From NCBI GenBank assembly GCA_032128875.1, contig JAVLKG010000006.1:224001-288000 (forward strand): DNA of 64,000 bases, written 5' to 3'. Below are positions 9,628 through 19,469 of the stretch, piece after piece. The translations under genes and the position numbers were made by a program. The stretch is from Candidatus Melainabacteria bacterium 17Bon1m. Its GTDB lineage: Bacteria > Cyanobacteriota > Vampirovibrionia > Obscuribacterales > Obscuribacteraceae. Position 1 is the first letter of the stretch. Each line of letters begins with the position of its first letter. The notes beneath the pieces are model-generated. The model made no database searches. It worked only from the letters and a program-made list of their open reading frames with translations, and was not told where the DNA came from.

Positions 9628-10069
9628 ATTTAACTCCAGTATCAATATATAAGTGATGTGGCTGGATATAAGTGATGTGCCTGGGAGAAGTGGGAAGTCT
9701 TCGCGGTTCTTGGTGTTCCGCTCTAACACTTCGAACCTTACGCTTGATGCGTGAAATAAATGTGTCGCGTCCGTGAAATTTTCGTGGAACGACAATATGG
9801 CGCGTTATTTTGCGCAATTCCACGTTTTTTCCACAACTTAAATGGACAATCATATTCTCCCCGGGAACAATGGCGGCTGAAAATTGTCTTTGCATTCAGC
9901 AAACGAAAAGCGCAACCCTGAGAGCCGGTGAAAGCCACCGGGAACAATGTTCTCTAGGCTTGCCGAATCGTGTTCGAAAGATTTACCGCAAGTAGTCTAA
10001 GAGACTTGGTCCAAGTAAATCAGTCCTCAAACCTAGTCCAAGGAATCCCAAGTAGATAGGTGAACCAAA

Positions 10070-10255
10070 ATGTTGTTTCCAGAAAAAGAGAACGAGTTTG
10101 AAGTTTCCAGCGAGACAGTCATCAATCTGACATCTCAGGTCACAGAGAATGAGTTGGAACAGCTCCTCTCTAGCAAAAATGATGTCGCGGAGTCATGCCC
10201 TGGTGGCGTTTGCCAGCTTAACTGGCGTCCGGCTCGCCGCTCTCAAGCCGCATAA
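10070..10255 (+). CDS. Small acidic protein with C-terminal CPGGVC motif
   Basis: AGGTGA RBS before ATG, otherwise intergenic position, 61 aa. Confidence 0.65.
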   Translation: MLFPEKENEFEVSSETVINLTSQVTENELEQLLSSKNDVAESCPGGVCQLNWRPARRSQAA

Positions 10256-10588
10256 CCTACTCATGGCTGTGGATGCAAGTCTTTGCCCCCGCCTAAATCG
10301 CAAGTTTTCCAAATTTTTTAGACAGTCACGTTGGTGTTATATTTCGTGAATAGGATATTGACGGTAGATCTCTAGCACTTCCCGCTAAAGCGCTACTGCC
10401 GGGTGTTCCAGGGCTGAACCAAGACTTGGTCAGGTTGGACGATTAGGTTAGTCACTAAGTCACTATTTAGTAATTTTGACCTAGTAATTTATCCTCATGC
10501 CACAACTTTTCCACACTTGTTCAATAGACTCTCAGGCACCCGCAGGAATCACCTGTCCATTCCCTTTCGCTTCTAAAAACTTACTACC

Positions 10589-11194
10589 GTGAACTTAATT
10601 ACTAAGAAAACCGCGTATGGCCGGTACGCTGCCCTTGTGGACTTAGCCACCGGACTTCAAACAAGCCTCCTTCTAGACGAAGTACGCATTGGTCGCTCGC
10701 GTGAAAACGACATTGTGCTGGAAAGCGACCTAACAGCTTCCCGCAAACAGGCGCGCATCACACGCGTCGGCGATTGCTATTTCCTTGAGGATCTTGCCAG
10801 CACTAATGGCACCCTTCTCAACGGAAAGCAAATCCACGGGCGCGTTTTGCTGAATCATGATGACGTTCTAAACCTGGGACGGCGCATTTACCTGTTCTCG
10901 ATGGTCGAGCCGGTCACCGAAGATGCGCCTACAGTCAACCTGGGCGACGGTTCAATGGTGTCGATTTTCCAGTCGGCACATCGAATGGTCTCTGAGGTGC
11001 TCAGCCACTTCAGTGCTAACAAGTCATACCCGGCGCGTTCCATGTCCTATGCGGAATCGCTGGCAAAGACGGTTCCGCAGTCAGGCACTAATCGCTTGGG
11101 GCAAGGAAAACTTTTCGCTTCTGCTTTGAAGCAGTATCAGAAGAGAAAACAGATGCCGTCCATTACGGATCCTCGGGTCCATGTACACCGCTAG
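10589..11194 (+). CDS. FHA domain protein
   Basis: IGRSRENDIVL..TASRKQARI...LEDLASTNGTLLNG FHA signature. Confidence 0.85.
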   Translation: MNLITKKTAYGRYAALVDLATGLQTSLLLDEVRIGRSRENDIVLESDLTASRKQARITRVGDCYFLEDLASTNGTLLNGKQIHGRVLLNHDDVLNLGRRIYLFSMVEPVTEDAPTVNLGDGSMVSIFQSAHRMVSEVLSHFSANKSYPARSMSYAESLAKTVPQSGTNRLGQGKLFASALKQYQKRKQMPSITDPRVHVHR

Positions 11195-11296
11195 TGTGTA
11201 GTGTCCGCGCCATGCGTCGACCGTTCAGTTGACACACTGTAGACATTGACGTTGCATATGGCGACGACCGGGCGATTTATTGCGTGCGCCTACAAG

Positions 11297-11896
11297 CTAC
11301 TTTTCGGCTGGTGGTGCACTCGAGGTTGGTGCTTTTTTCTCGCCCGGTTTTATCGGTGGCAGATCGACAGCTCTACATACAAAAGACAGGTTGCGACCTG
11401 AGCCTGTGCTGATCATGATGGCTTCGATTAGAGGCGGGTTTACCTCCTTGTCTCCTTGCCATTCGACTACAAAGCTGGCACCAGAACCACCGGAGGTGTC
11501 ATCGAGCCGCACGACAAAATCAGCAGTGGCCATAGGGTCCAGTAAGACCGGCTTAGGGACGTATTCTCTGATCAGTTTGCCAGTGTTTGATTGATATCTG
11601 ACCGACGAGATCACAATGGCATTTGCTTCGTCGGTGTTTCTAACACTCAAAGTTTCCGCCAAATTCAGCACTCTTTCACGGTCTTCCGTGTAAATGTGCG
11701 AGTAGACAGGCACATATGCGCGAGCATGTTTTGTAAAGGACGTGAGGGTTTTGGCGTCTACCTGCTTAAGATGCTTTTGCCAGCTCTCTGGGCTTTCGGA
11801 CTCAGATGAGGCTGACGAACCATCCTGATTACAACCCTGGAAAAGCAGGGCTGATACAGTGAGAACGGCTAAGGACGTCGTAAAAGTAAAACGCAT
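11297..11896 (-). CDS. DUF3124 family lipoprotein
   Basis: Lipobox-like FQGC; YVPVYSHIY..LSVRNTD...GGSGASFVVEW...P.IEAIMI. Confidence 0.85.
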   Translation of the reverse strand: MRFTFTTSLAVLTVSALLFQGCNQDGSSASSESESPESWQKHLKQVDAKTLTSFTKHARAYVPVYSHIYTEDRERVLNLAETLSVRNTDEANAIVISSVRYQSNTGKLIREYVPKPVLLDPMATADFVVRLDDTSGGSGASFVVEWQGDKEVNPPLIEAIMISTGSGRNLSFVCRAVDLPPIKPGEKKAPTSSAPPAEK

Positions 11897-12240
11897 TGAC
11901 TATATCCTGGCGGTTTGCACTCTCTATTGTAGTGGCGTAAAGCTCGCTAAGGAACCGGCGGCGCCTGTTGGCGTCTACAAGTCAAGTGAATGGGGTGTGG
12001 CTGATGCCGACAGGGCAGTTTTGTTGCTTTATCGCTACAAATTTACGAAGTGAGAATTTGAGAAAAACCTTCTCGAGCCCTCAATATTCCGTACCTGACG
12101 GTCATTTTATAAATCAACCGCAATCCGTATTCTTGAAAACCGGAGCTGCACGTATAATAGGAGTACTTTAGATAGCTTCTATATTATTATTGAAGCCCGG
12201 TATCATCTAAGTCCCAAAACGTCCTCAGGAGCATCAAAGG

Positions 12241-13074
12241 GTGTCAAAAAACATATCCTTTTCGTGGTTAGCACGTTGCCGCTGGAACGTCCTCGACATG
12301 ATCAATGTGATCGGACGTGGGTCGGTTCCAACTTACATGTTTTACGAAATAGATATGACGTGGGCTGAACAGCTGCGTCTCGAGTTGAAGGAGAAAGGCA
12401 TCAAGGTTACTGCCACCGCCATTCTTTTGAAAGCAATCGGCATTGCCCAGCGTTTGCACCCCGCTAGCCGCACCGCAATTTTGCCCTGGGGGCGCACTGT
12501 GACTTTTAACGACATCGTCGCCGGTTTTACAGTTGAGCGTTATGTCGGACAACAACCGGCAGTTTTCTTTGGTTCTATTGAGTCACCAGATACCAAACCG
12601 CTCGTTCAAGTCGCGGAAGAACTGCGTGCATACGGCGAAGACGAAATTTCGACGGTTCCTCAATTGGACATCGAGGATCGCTTCAACAACATGCCATGGT
12701 TGTTCAGGCAGTTTATTCTTTGGTTGGGGCTGCGTTTTCCAAAAGTACGCTTGCGCTATATGGGTGCCACTTTTGGACTCTCATCGCTCGGCAAATTTGG
12801 TTGCCGCGGTTTGATTCCACCTTGCGTTAGCACTTCCACTTTTGGCGTCGGCACCATCGAACCTCGCGCTGTAGTCCGCGAAGGCGCGATTGTGGTTCGT
12901 CCGATGATGACCTTGATTCTCAACTTTGACCACCGTCTAATTGACGGCGGACCTGCTGCCCGATTCATGCAAGATGTGCAGAGACTGGTTGAAGGCGAGC
13001 TGCAAAGCCACATCGAAGAAGAATTGCGCTTGCTCGATTCTCAATCTAAATCGATGGCAACGTCTCCAGCGTAA
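12241..13074 (+). CDS. Stand-alone 2-oxoacid dehydrogenase E2-type acyltransferase catalytic domain
   Basis: GATFGLSSLG and FDHRLIDGGPAARF (HxxxDG); no lipoyl domain. Confidence 0.85.
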   Translation: MSKNISFSWLARCRWNVLDMINVIGRGSVPTYMFYEIDMTWAEQLRLELKEKGIKVTATAILLKAIGIAQRLHPASRTAILPWGRTVTFNDIVAGFTVERYVGQQPAVFFGSIESPDTKPLVQVAEELRAYGEDEISTVPQLDIEDRFNNMPWLFRQFILWLGLRFPKVRLRYMGATFGLSSLGKFGCRGLIPPCVSTSTFGVGTIEPRAVVREGAIVVRPMMTLILNFDHRLIDGGPAARFMQDVQRLVEGELQSHIEEELRLLDSQSKSMATSPA

Positions 13075-13088
13075 GACGCCATAAGTTA

Positions 13089-14285
13089 TTAGTTCTTATT
13101 CGAGTTCGTGTCCGGTGTCGGCGAACCGATTACTTTGCCTTGGACGGTGAGGTTTTCCGGTCCGACAAGCTTCAGAATTTCTGGCAAAGCCTTTTCAGCC
13201 GCGGCCACGCCAGCCGCGACTGCAGTTTTTGCGTCCTTGCGTTTTGTCGATACCATTCGAATGCCGTTAACGTCCGGGTGAATAACTATGTTTGCTAGCT
13301 TTACTGATTCCTGATCGACTTTCGCGAGGTGCAGGCAAATGACACGGTGCGCAACGCTGCCGAGTTTTTCAAATTCACTCATCGGCAATTCGTCGATGCG
13401 TTCATCAATATCTACGGCAATGATGATGTCTGCGCCCATATCGCGCACCTGCTGAGTGGGCAAGTTGACGAGCACACCACCGTCTACGAATAGTTTGTCC
13501 TCAATCTTCACTGGGCGGCGCAGCATTGGCAGTGCGCAACTAGCCTGCAATGCCCTGCCAAAATTGCCTTTGGACAAGGCGTAGGGCTTGCCATCGACCA
13601 GGTTGAGAGCAACTGCGCAAAACGGAATTTTGAAAGATTCGATGTTTTTGTCTTCGCACGGAAGTGATTTATCCATGTACTTGCGAAAAATGTTGCCGCG
13701 ATACAGACCATCGTATTGATGCGACCCGACTGCCTTCAGCGAAAGAAATGCGGGAGCCACAGCCAATCGCAAACCAATAGGCGCAGTCATAAAATGCTTC
13801 ATGAACAACCCGCGAGTGAATTTCTCCTCCATCTCGCAAATTGGAACACCAGCAGCATAAAGTCCACCGATTACCGAGCCCATGCTAGTGCCGGCGATGT
13901 AATCGACATGCACACCTTCCCGCTCGAGCACTTCCAATACACCAATGTGGGCTGCTCCGCGCATGCCACCGCCGCCGAGGGCAAGCCCGATTTTGGGGCG
14001 GCGTTTTTGTGAAACAACCACATCTGGCGAGCAAATGTTTGCTTTGTTTGCCTCGTTGAGCTGCTCGGCGGCTTCCTTCAACTGCGCGGTTGTTTCGTTT
14101 AACTGCGCGGTTGTTTCATTCAACTGCTCAGTAATTGAGTCGAGCTGCTTTGATGTGAGATGTGCTTGGGCTAGAGCCGGAGCCGGATTGAGAGTGAAGG
14201 CAGAAAATTGAACAGTCAAAAACGCTGCTGTGAGGCAGGTGTACGGCTTTCGTGCTGTGACTGTTTTCTTTATGTCCAACTCCAT
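13089..14285 (-). CDS. Patatin-like phospholipase, probably secreted
   Basis: GGGGMRG, GTSMG and DGG motifs; signal-like N-terminus from ATG 14285. Confidence 0.9.
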   Translation of the reverse strand: MELDIKKTVTARKPYTCLTAAFLTVQFSAFTLNPAPALAQAHLTSKQLDSITEQLNETTAQLNETTAQLKEAAEQLNEANKANICSPDVVVSQKRRPKIGLALGGGGMRGAAHIGVLEVLEREGVHVDYIAGTSMGSVIGGLYAAGVPICEMEEKFTRGLFMKHFMTAPIGLRLAVAPAFLSLKAVGSHQYDGLYRGNIFRKYMDKSLPCEDKNIESFKIPFCAVALNLVDGKPYALSKGNFGRALQASCALPMLRRPVKIEDKLFVDGGVLVNLPTQQVRDMGADIIIAVDIDERIDELPMSEFEKLGSVAHRVICLHLAKVDQESVKLANIVIHPDVNGIRMVSTKRKDAKTAVAAGVAAAEKALPEILKLVGPENLTVQGKVIGSPTPDTNSNKN

Positions 14286-15487
14286 TGCATACGAATCGGG
14301 ATTGTCCAACCTAGTTTGGCAATTGCCTCGTCCACAGTGAGGGTTGTTTTGACGCACATTTTCAGCAGTTCGATTGCTTGTTCGGACGAGAGCAGACCTT
14401 CTTTATAGAGAGACTGCGTACGCAAAACGCTGTAGAGCATCTGATCATTGATTATATTTGCATCGAGTAATTTTTTGCCGACTCTGACAGGTTTTTCTCC
14501 CTCTGAGGCGATCTTCTCGATAATGGCACGGTCTGCGACTTTGGCTGCCACAAGTAGGTCGCCAAAACGCATCAATTCTGCTTGAACTTGCGGCGGTGGG
14601 TTTAATTCTGCCATAGCCTGGTAAACGCCGATGTTCTTAATCTTGCAATTCCGTAGCGCTTCGGCCGCCTGATATGGTTTTAGATAACTCTGCACAAGAT
14701 CGAGCATGGTCATCGCCGATTCGAGCAATGAATGAGTCACCAATCCATTGTCCAGAAGAAGCTTGGTCAGTGGCACTTCGAGCAACACTTCATGCTCAAG
14801 CAAGTCCATCAAATCGGACTCCGAAACGACCATCGACATGGCGAGAAGTTCCGGCAGCCGCAGGCTGGCGCCCGAGCAGTCTTTGTGAATTCCCTGCTCG
14901 AACATGATCTGCCAAACAGAATGGCGTTTGTCGCATGCTATCCGCAGCGCTCTGACGGCATCATCGCGGGCAACCTTCTCTTCCCGTACAAGTTTGAGCA
15001 GCGTAATCGATTCGAGCACTACGCGGCGGCTTTGGTAGCGCATAAACACGATCGAACGCGTGAGCGGCATGCCCGTTTCATTCGCTTTCTTAATTGCACT
15101 GGCGAGCTGGTCCATAGTGAGAGCCGTGGCATCTACCATGAGCTCCGTCAGAGCATTTGTCTCAACTTTGGGCGGCGGCGGTCTGTCCAACACTATGCCC
15201 ATCATGGTGAGCGCCTCGAGAATTGAAAACTCATTCTGTCTTGCGCAGATGACCGCTGCTACTGCCGTGTCTACATTGATCTTTTCGGCTTTAACGAGCT
15301 CGTGCGCGTCCATTGCAAAACGCAGCGTCTGCTCGGTAGAGTGGCGCAGGATGAGGATAGCCTGGCTCAGAGACATGCCCAGCTTTTTGGCTGTAGCCAT
15401 CGCTTCCTGAGCTTCTTCAGGACCGACAATCTTTGCCGAGACAACTATTTGGTAAAAGGGATCGACCTGAGTCGTTCGTTCTTGCAT
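14270..15487 (-). CDS. Protein built of degenerate MshEN-like repeats
   Basis: RLPELLAMSMVV, RFGDLLVAAKVA and RVGKKLLDANIINDQMLYSVLRTQ resemble RLGxxLxxxGxx..L..Q. Confidence 0.7.
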   Translation of the reverse strand: MQERTTQVDPFYQIVVSAKIVGPEEAQEAMATAKKLGMSLSQAILILRHSTEQTLRFAMDAHELVKAEKINVDTAVAAVICARQNEFSILEALTMMGIVLDRPPPPKVETNALTELMVDATALTMDQLASAIKKANETGMPLTRSIVFMRYQSRRVVLESITLLKLVREEKVARDDAVRALRIACDKRHSVWQIMFEQGIHKDCSGASLRLPELLAMSMVVSESDLMDLLEHEVLLEVPLTKLLLDNGLVTHSLLESAMTMLDLVQSYLKPYQAAEALRNCKIKNIGVYQAMAELNPPPQVQAELMRFGDLLVAAKVADRAIIEKIASEGEKPVRVGKKLLDANIINDQMLYSVLRTQSLYKEGLLSSEQAIELLKMCVKTTLTVDEAIAKLGWTIPIRMQWSWT

Positions 15488-15719
15488 GTTTCACCGTCGC
15501 CTTTCATGGGTCAGGCTGGGTTGGGGTAGTAATAGGTCGCCATCGAACGTATAAAAAGAGATTCCATCTACCTTATTCCACCGGAATCCGTCTAATCTAC
15601 GCCGTAGAGAGGGGCAACAAGATTTAACGAACGCTATTTGCGTCCTATAACCAACGTTTTGTAGCGCACAGTGTTGGTCGGATGGCTGACCCCATGGCGC
15701 TTAGAGGTGTTTGGTCGCT

Positions 15720-16187
15720 TCAGCGATCGTCGTAAACCCGGCAGCGAAATTCTTGTGAAAACAGGTCGTCGATTACATCTGCGGCATGTGAAACGTTCCA
15801 GATCAGGGTGTTCAATTCCTCTTGGTCCAGCCCGGCTATTGGTCTCTGCGACGTAACCAAAATGATTTCCTCGTGGGAGCTCAAAGAGCAGCAATTCAAC
15901 TCCTGGTTGAGTTCCAGGCACCGTTGAAAGAATCGCTCGCGGTCGGTATCTGGAAAGTGAACAATGGGGCTGGTGACGCGCAACATGATTTTGCCCGATT
16001 TGTCCTCCTGCAGGAATATGTACACCTTTGCGGAGCCTTCCATCAGCCACCAGCCGCAGCTGTCGCGGTCTCCATCTAGCGCATGACCATCCATGTCCAG
16101 CTTGCGCCGCTTGAAGTAATCCGAGAGCATTGCAACTACACTTTCGACGGTTCCTTTGGGTGGTGTTCTTGTGCCGAAAAGACCCAT
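15720..16187 (-). CDS. YbjN/type III chaperone-like domain protein
   Basis: WWLMEGSAKVYI...FFQRCLELN...ADVIDD pattern; AGAGGA RBS before ATG 16187. Confidence 0.75.
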   Translation of the reverse strand: MGLFGTRTPPKGTVESVVAMLSDYFKRRKLDMDGHALDGDRDSCGWWLMEGSAKVYIFLQEDKSGKIMLRVTSPIVHFPDTDRERFFQRCLELNQELNCCSLSSHEEIILVTSQRPIAGLDQEELNTLIWNVSHAADVIDDLFSQEFRCRVYDDR

Positions 16188-16351
16188 TTTCTTTCCTCTT
16201 AGCTTGGAGCTGGGCGTCAGCGCATATTTTAGCCGGTTGCCGAACATACTTTAGCTGCTCATACCTTAGCCGCTGGCCGCTCATGCTTTCCGATGCCAAA
16301 ATCGCTAGAATTTTCCCTTGAACGGTCCGCGACTCGACTGAGGAATGCAAC

Positions 16352-17296
16352 TTGCGAAAATCGAAAGGCGCCGTCGTTCTATACCTCAGCGCCCTGACTA
16401 GGGTTCTTGGTTGTTGCTACTTTCTGCTCACCCTTGTTTGCATGGTTTTGGTCTCCTGCACACCTGAGGCGAAAGAGTCGCCCGTTGTTACAACGCTTGC
16501 GGATCCAGCATTGATTGACTGGGATAATGCGAAGGTTTCGGTTGACTCCAAAATCGTCAAATATGCGGGCAAACCTTTCCTCAAAATATCCCAGCGAGAT
16601 AAGGAAGCGGAAGTTACAGTCGACGCCTACATCCACTGGAAAGGTGGAACGGCGCCGTATCTGCCGGTTAAAACTGCAGTGGAAGATCGAGTCGCCAAAG
16701 ACTGGCGCGCAGTGAAGCTTTCGCCGAGTGAAACTTTCATTGCAGGCGGAGCATTTCAAAAACCAGAAGGGGTGATTGATCAATCCTGGATTTTAGAACC
16801 AAAAACATCTCGCATTAAGGATGGTCCACAACTGTTGCGTGCTCGCAAATCGTGCACTCTGACGCCGCTTTCGAACGGAAAGATTTTGATCAGCGGAGGG
16901 CTTGATGGTAGTGGCACTCCGATAGATGAGTGTGAATTGTACGATCCGAAGAATCAGACGATGGCAAAATTTGCACCACTGGCGATGCCCCGCACAGGGC
17001 ATACTGTTTTAGAACTTAGCAATGGAAAACTATTGGTCGTCGGAGGCAAAACAACACCGAAGCTTGCAAATGCTGATGGCGACCTGACCTCTCAGATTGA
17101 AGTATGGGGTTCCGAGGGAAACCGTTTTGAGATCGTTGGTGCGACCAAGAAAGCTAGCTACCAGCCACATCTTTATTTGATGAGAGGGAACGATGTTCTA
17201 ATCGCAAACGGACATGTGTTCGCAAATAGTTTGGAAACCCAGGAATCGCCCCCTGCAGAGATTTATACCTATAGCGCACAAAGCACTGAACCATAA
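16352..17296 (+). CDS. Kelch-repeat lipoprotein
   Basis: LVSC lipobox-like; PRTGHTVLELSNGKLLVVGG and ARKSCTLTPLSNGKILISGG kelch blades. Confidence 0.8.
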   Translation: MRKSKGAVVLYLSALTRVLGCCYFLLTLVCMVLVSCTPEAKESPVVTTLADPALIDWDNAKVSVDSKIVKYAGKPFLKISQRDKEAEVTVDAYIHWKGGTAPYLPVKTAVEDRVAKDWRAVKLSPSETFIAGGAFQKPEGVIDQSWILEPKTSRIKDGPQLLRARKSCTLTPLSNGKILISGGLDGSGTPIDECELYDPKNQTMAKFAPLAMPRTGHTVLELSNGKLLVVGGKTTPKLANADGDLTSQIEVWGSEGNRFEIVGATKKASYQPHLYLMRGNDVLIANGHVFANSLETQESPPAEIYTYSAQSTEP

Positions 17297-17298
17297 TA

Positions 17299-17325
17299 AG
17301 CCGGCGAGCCGCCGGCGCTCCTAGG
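17299..17325 (-). repeat. REP-like palindrome, family B
   Basis: Minus strand CCTAGGAGCGCCGGCGGCTCGCCGGCT, matching the copies at 62780 and 62819; lies between convergent genes. Confidence 0.75.
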
Positions 17326-18297
17326 CTACTTCGCTACAGCGAGGTCTTTTTCTGTGATGGGCACTACGCCCTCACGGTGATACTGTAAGGTCCCAGCGAG
17401 CACTGCCAGGTTGGCGGCGGTGTGGATGTCTTTGCCCCGATGTAGTGACGCGCACATTGCGGCGAATGATTGTTCACCACAACCGGTGGCATCACCCATT
17501 GCGTTGTCGGCTATTTGAGGGCACTCGATTAGTTTCTCCCCATCCTTGGATGCAAGGACTGCGCCATCTTTGCCGCGGGTAAGTAGCACATGCTGCGGAC
17601 CCATCGCCAAAAGTTTTTTAGCTGCTTCGACGGCTGTGTTGTTGTCTGTAATTTTTATGCCAGTGAGATGTTGCGCTTCATCGTCATTAGGCTTTAAAAG
17701 AAAAATGTCGCTATTTATCAGCGAAGCCACGTCGGCGTCGCCGCGCGCGCCGCCGGGGTCCAACATCACCTTGATGTGGTGCTCGCGTGCCTTTTGAATG
17801 GCAAATATTGCCGTCCCGAAGGGGATTTCCATCGACAGAATGAGCATGCCTTTGTTCCGTGAGACTGCACGAAAAAGATGGTCCGACTGCAACAGATCAT
17901 CCGGCGAAAGCTCACAATTGACGCCTTCGACCACATAGGTATGCTTTTTACCTTCTTCGTCCATGGCCATGAGCGTAATGCCGGGCCAGCCGGTTTCTTT
18001 GTCGAATCGCACGAAGCGAATGCCGGAACAGTCCACCCCTGCTTCAATTAGAGCATCCACCGGCGGTCGCCACAGACCGAAAGGATCTTGAGTCGTACGA
18101 CCGACCATTGCAACTTTGCCTTGTCCCAAGAGAGCCGCCAGCATTTGGCCGACATAACGGGATTTGCCACCGGGACCAACTTTTAACTTGGTTCCGTATC
18201 CAATTTCGCCTTGCTTTACCAGCGTTGGAAATCCAAAGCCAACAATGTCCGTATTGAATGACCCGATTACCAGGGCCGACAGACTGTCAAAACTCAC
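17326..18297 (-). CDS. PfkB/ribokinase family kinase
   Basis: IGSFNTD, GPGGK, LKPNDDEA, TRGKDG, DATGCGE. Confidence 0.85.
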   Translation of the reverse strand: MSFDSLSALVIGSFNTDIVGFGFPTLVKQGEIGYGTKLKVGPGGKSRYVGQMLAALLGQGKVAMVGRTTQDPFGLWRPPVDALIEAGVDCSGIRFVRFDKETGWPGITLMAMDEEGKKHTYVVEGVNCELSPDDLLQSDHLFRAVSRNKGMLILSMEIPFGTAIFAIQKAREHHIKVMLDPGGARGDADVASLINSDIFLLKPNDDEAQHLTGIKITDNNTAVEAAKKLLAMGPQHVLLTRGKDGAVLASKDGEKLIECPQIADNAMGDATGCGEQSFAAMCASLHRGKDIHTAANLAVLAGTLQYHREGVVPITEKDLAVAK

Positions 18298-18649
18298 CGT
18301 TCGGTACCTATAGAGCGCTAGCCTGAACGAGTTACTAGGAATGCCTGAAGTCCAAAATTATACCTGTATACATTGAGGTAGATTACGATTTTGGCTTTCC
18401 GCAGGGACTAAATTTCGGAACATTTCAAGGGCGTCTGTGTCTTATGGTGAGTATGGATGAAACCAGATTGGTTGAAATCCAGGGGGGAAAAGAGTTTTCT
18501 TTCACACGAATTTCATTCGTGTAGCGAAAACTGTAGTAGGGGGAACTTATTTCTCAGACGCGCAACACCGCTTGGTTGCTGGCTTTGCCATAACTTCCAA
18601 GTCGAATTGGTGATTGCTCGCGCGAGCAAGTGAGCTGGAGGGTAGTCCA

Positions 18650-19348
18650 ATGTTTAGCGCATGGAGATATGAAAACGGGCTTGATGAGTGGATGGAGCGA
18701 AAGCTGGGACCACGTTTGTCCCGAATTGCACGTCCGATTGTTGTCACCGCTTTGGATATCGTTGCTGCGCCAATCGAACTGACACAACGTGTCTTTTATC
18801 GCCCTAATAGAAACAAAGACACCTTTGTGGTTGAAGATTTGCATGCAAAGTCGAAAGGTCTCCTCACTCAAACTTACTTAGATACGTGCACTCAGACTTT
18901 CTACGCTGACAAAAGAAGTTCGCCACAACAAAATCCGAATCGCACCTATGAAAACCTTGCGGCTTGCAATTCAGGCACGTTCAAAACCATTGATCCTGTC
19001 GCTCACCCGCATGTAGACTCGGCTGCGAGTGTGCCGATTGCTCCGCTCGCACCCGAACATCACGCGCCTAACAGCATCACCATGCCTGCGCGCATGTCCG
19101 ATTCTCAAATTCTCTCCTCGCGTCCACGCCACCTGTTGGTCCGACCGTTTAAGGGAGAATATGCGGTTAACGAATTCGGTGCCACAGCTTCCGGTACCTT
19201 CGTTCCGCTGGCTGGCTTCCACAAATGGCAGCAAGAGAATGTGCCCAAGAGACCGGAAAACAAGGCATCGAAGTCGGGTAATTTCCCAGCCACGTTGCCC
19301 GGTGAGAATCCGCATGGTCTTAAGCAGTTCCTCAGTACCGACGGCTAG
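18650..19348 (+). CDS. Hypothetical protein
   Basis: Long ORF with GGAGG before ATG 18650; no family recognised. Confidence 0.6.
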   Translation: MFSAWRYENGLDEWMERKLGPRLSRIARPIVVTALDIVAAPIELTQRVFYRPNRNKDTFVVEDLHAKSKGLLTQTYLDTCTQTFYADKRSSPQQNPNRTYENLAACNSGTFKTIDPVAHPHVDSAASVPIAPLAPEHHAPNSITMPARMSDSQILSSRPRHLLVRPFKGEYAVNEFGATASGTFVPLAGFHKWQQENVPKRPENKASKSGNFPATLPGENPHGLKQFLSTDG

Positions 19349-19469
19349 AATCCGCAAAGCCGTTGAAAGTGCGGTTTAGAGCTGCACTGATCCGGTTCGT
19401 TACGGTCTGAAGCGAATGTGATCTTGAATCCTCCGGCTAGCCTATAATCGGCTGACCGGAGGATTTGCT

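Noticed and set aside
14079-14128. 21-bp tandem repeat
   Set aside because: In-frame QLNETTA heptad duplication within the patatin gene
15634-16350. 238-aa minus-strand ORF
   Set aside because: Alternative frame over the YbjN-like gene, with no protein-like features
19350-19469. Purine riboswitch upstream of xpt
   Set aside because: Only UAUAAU is present; no UUUCUACC or CCGUAAA loops
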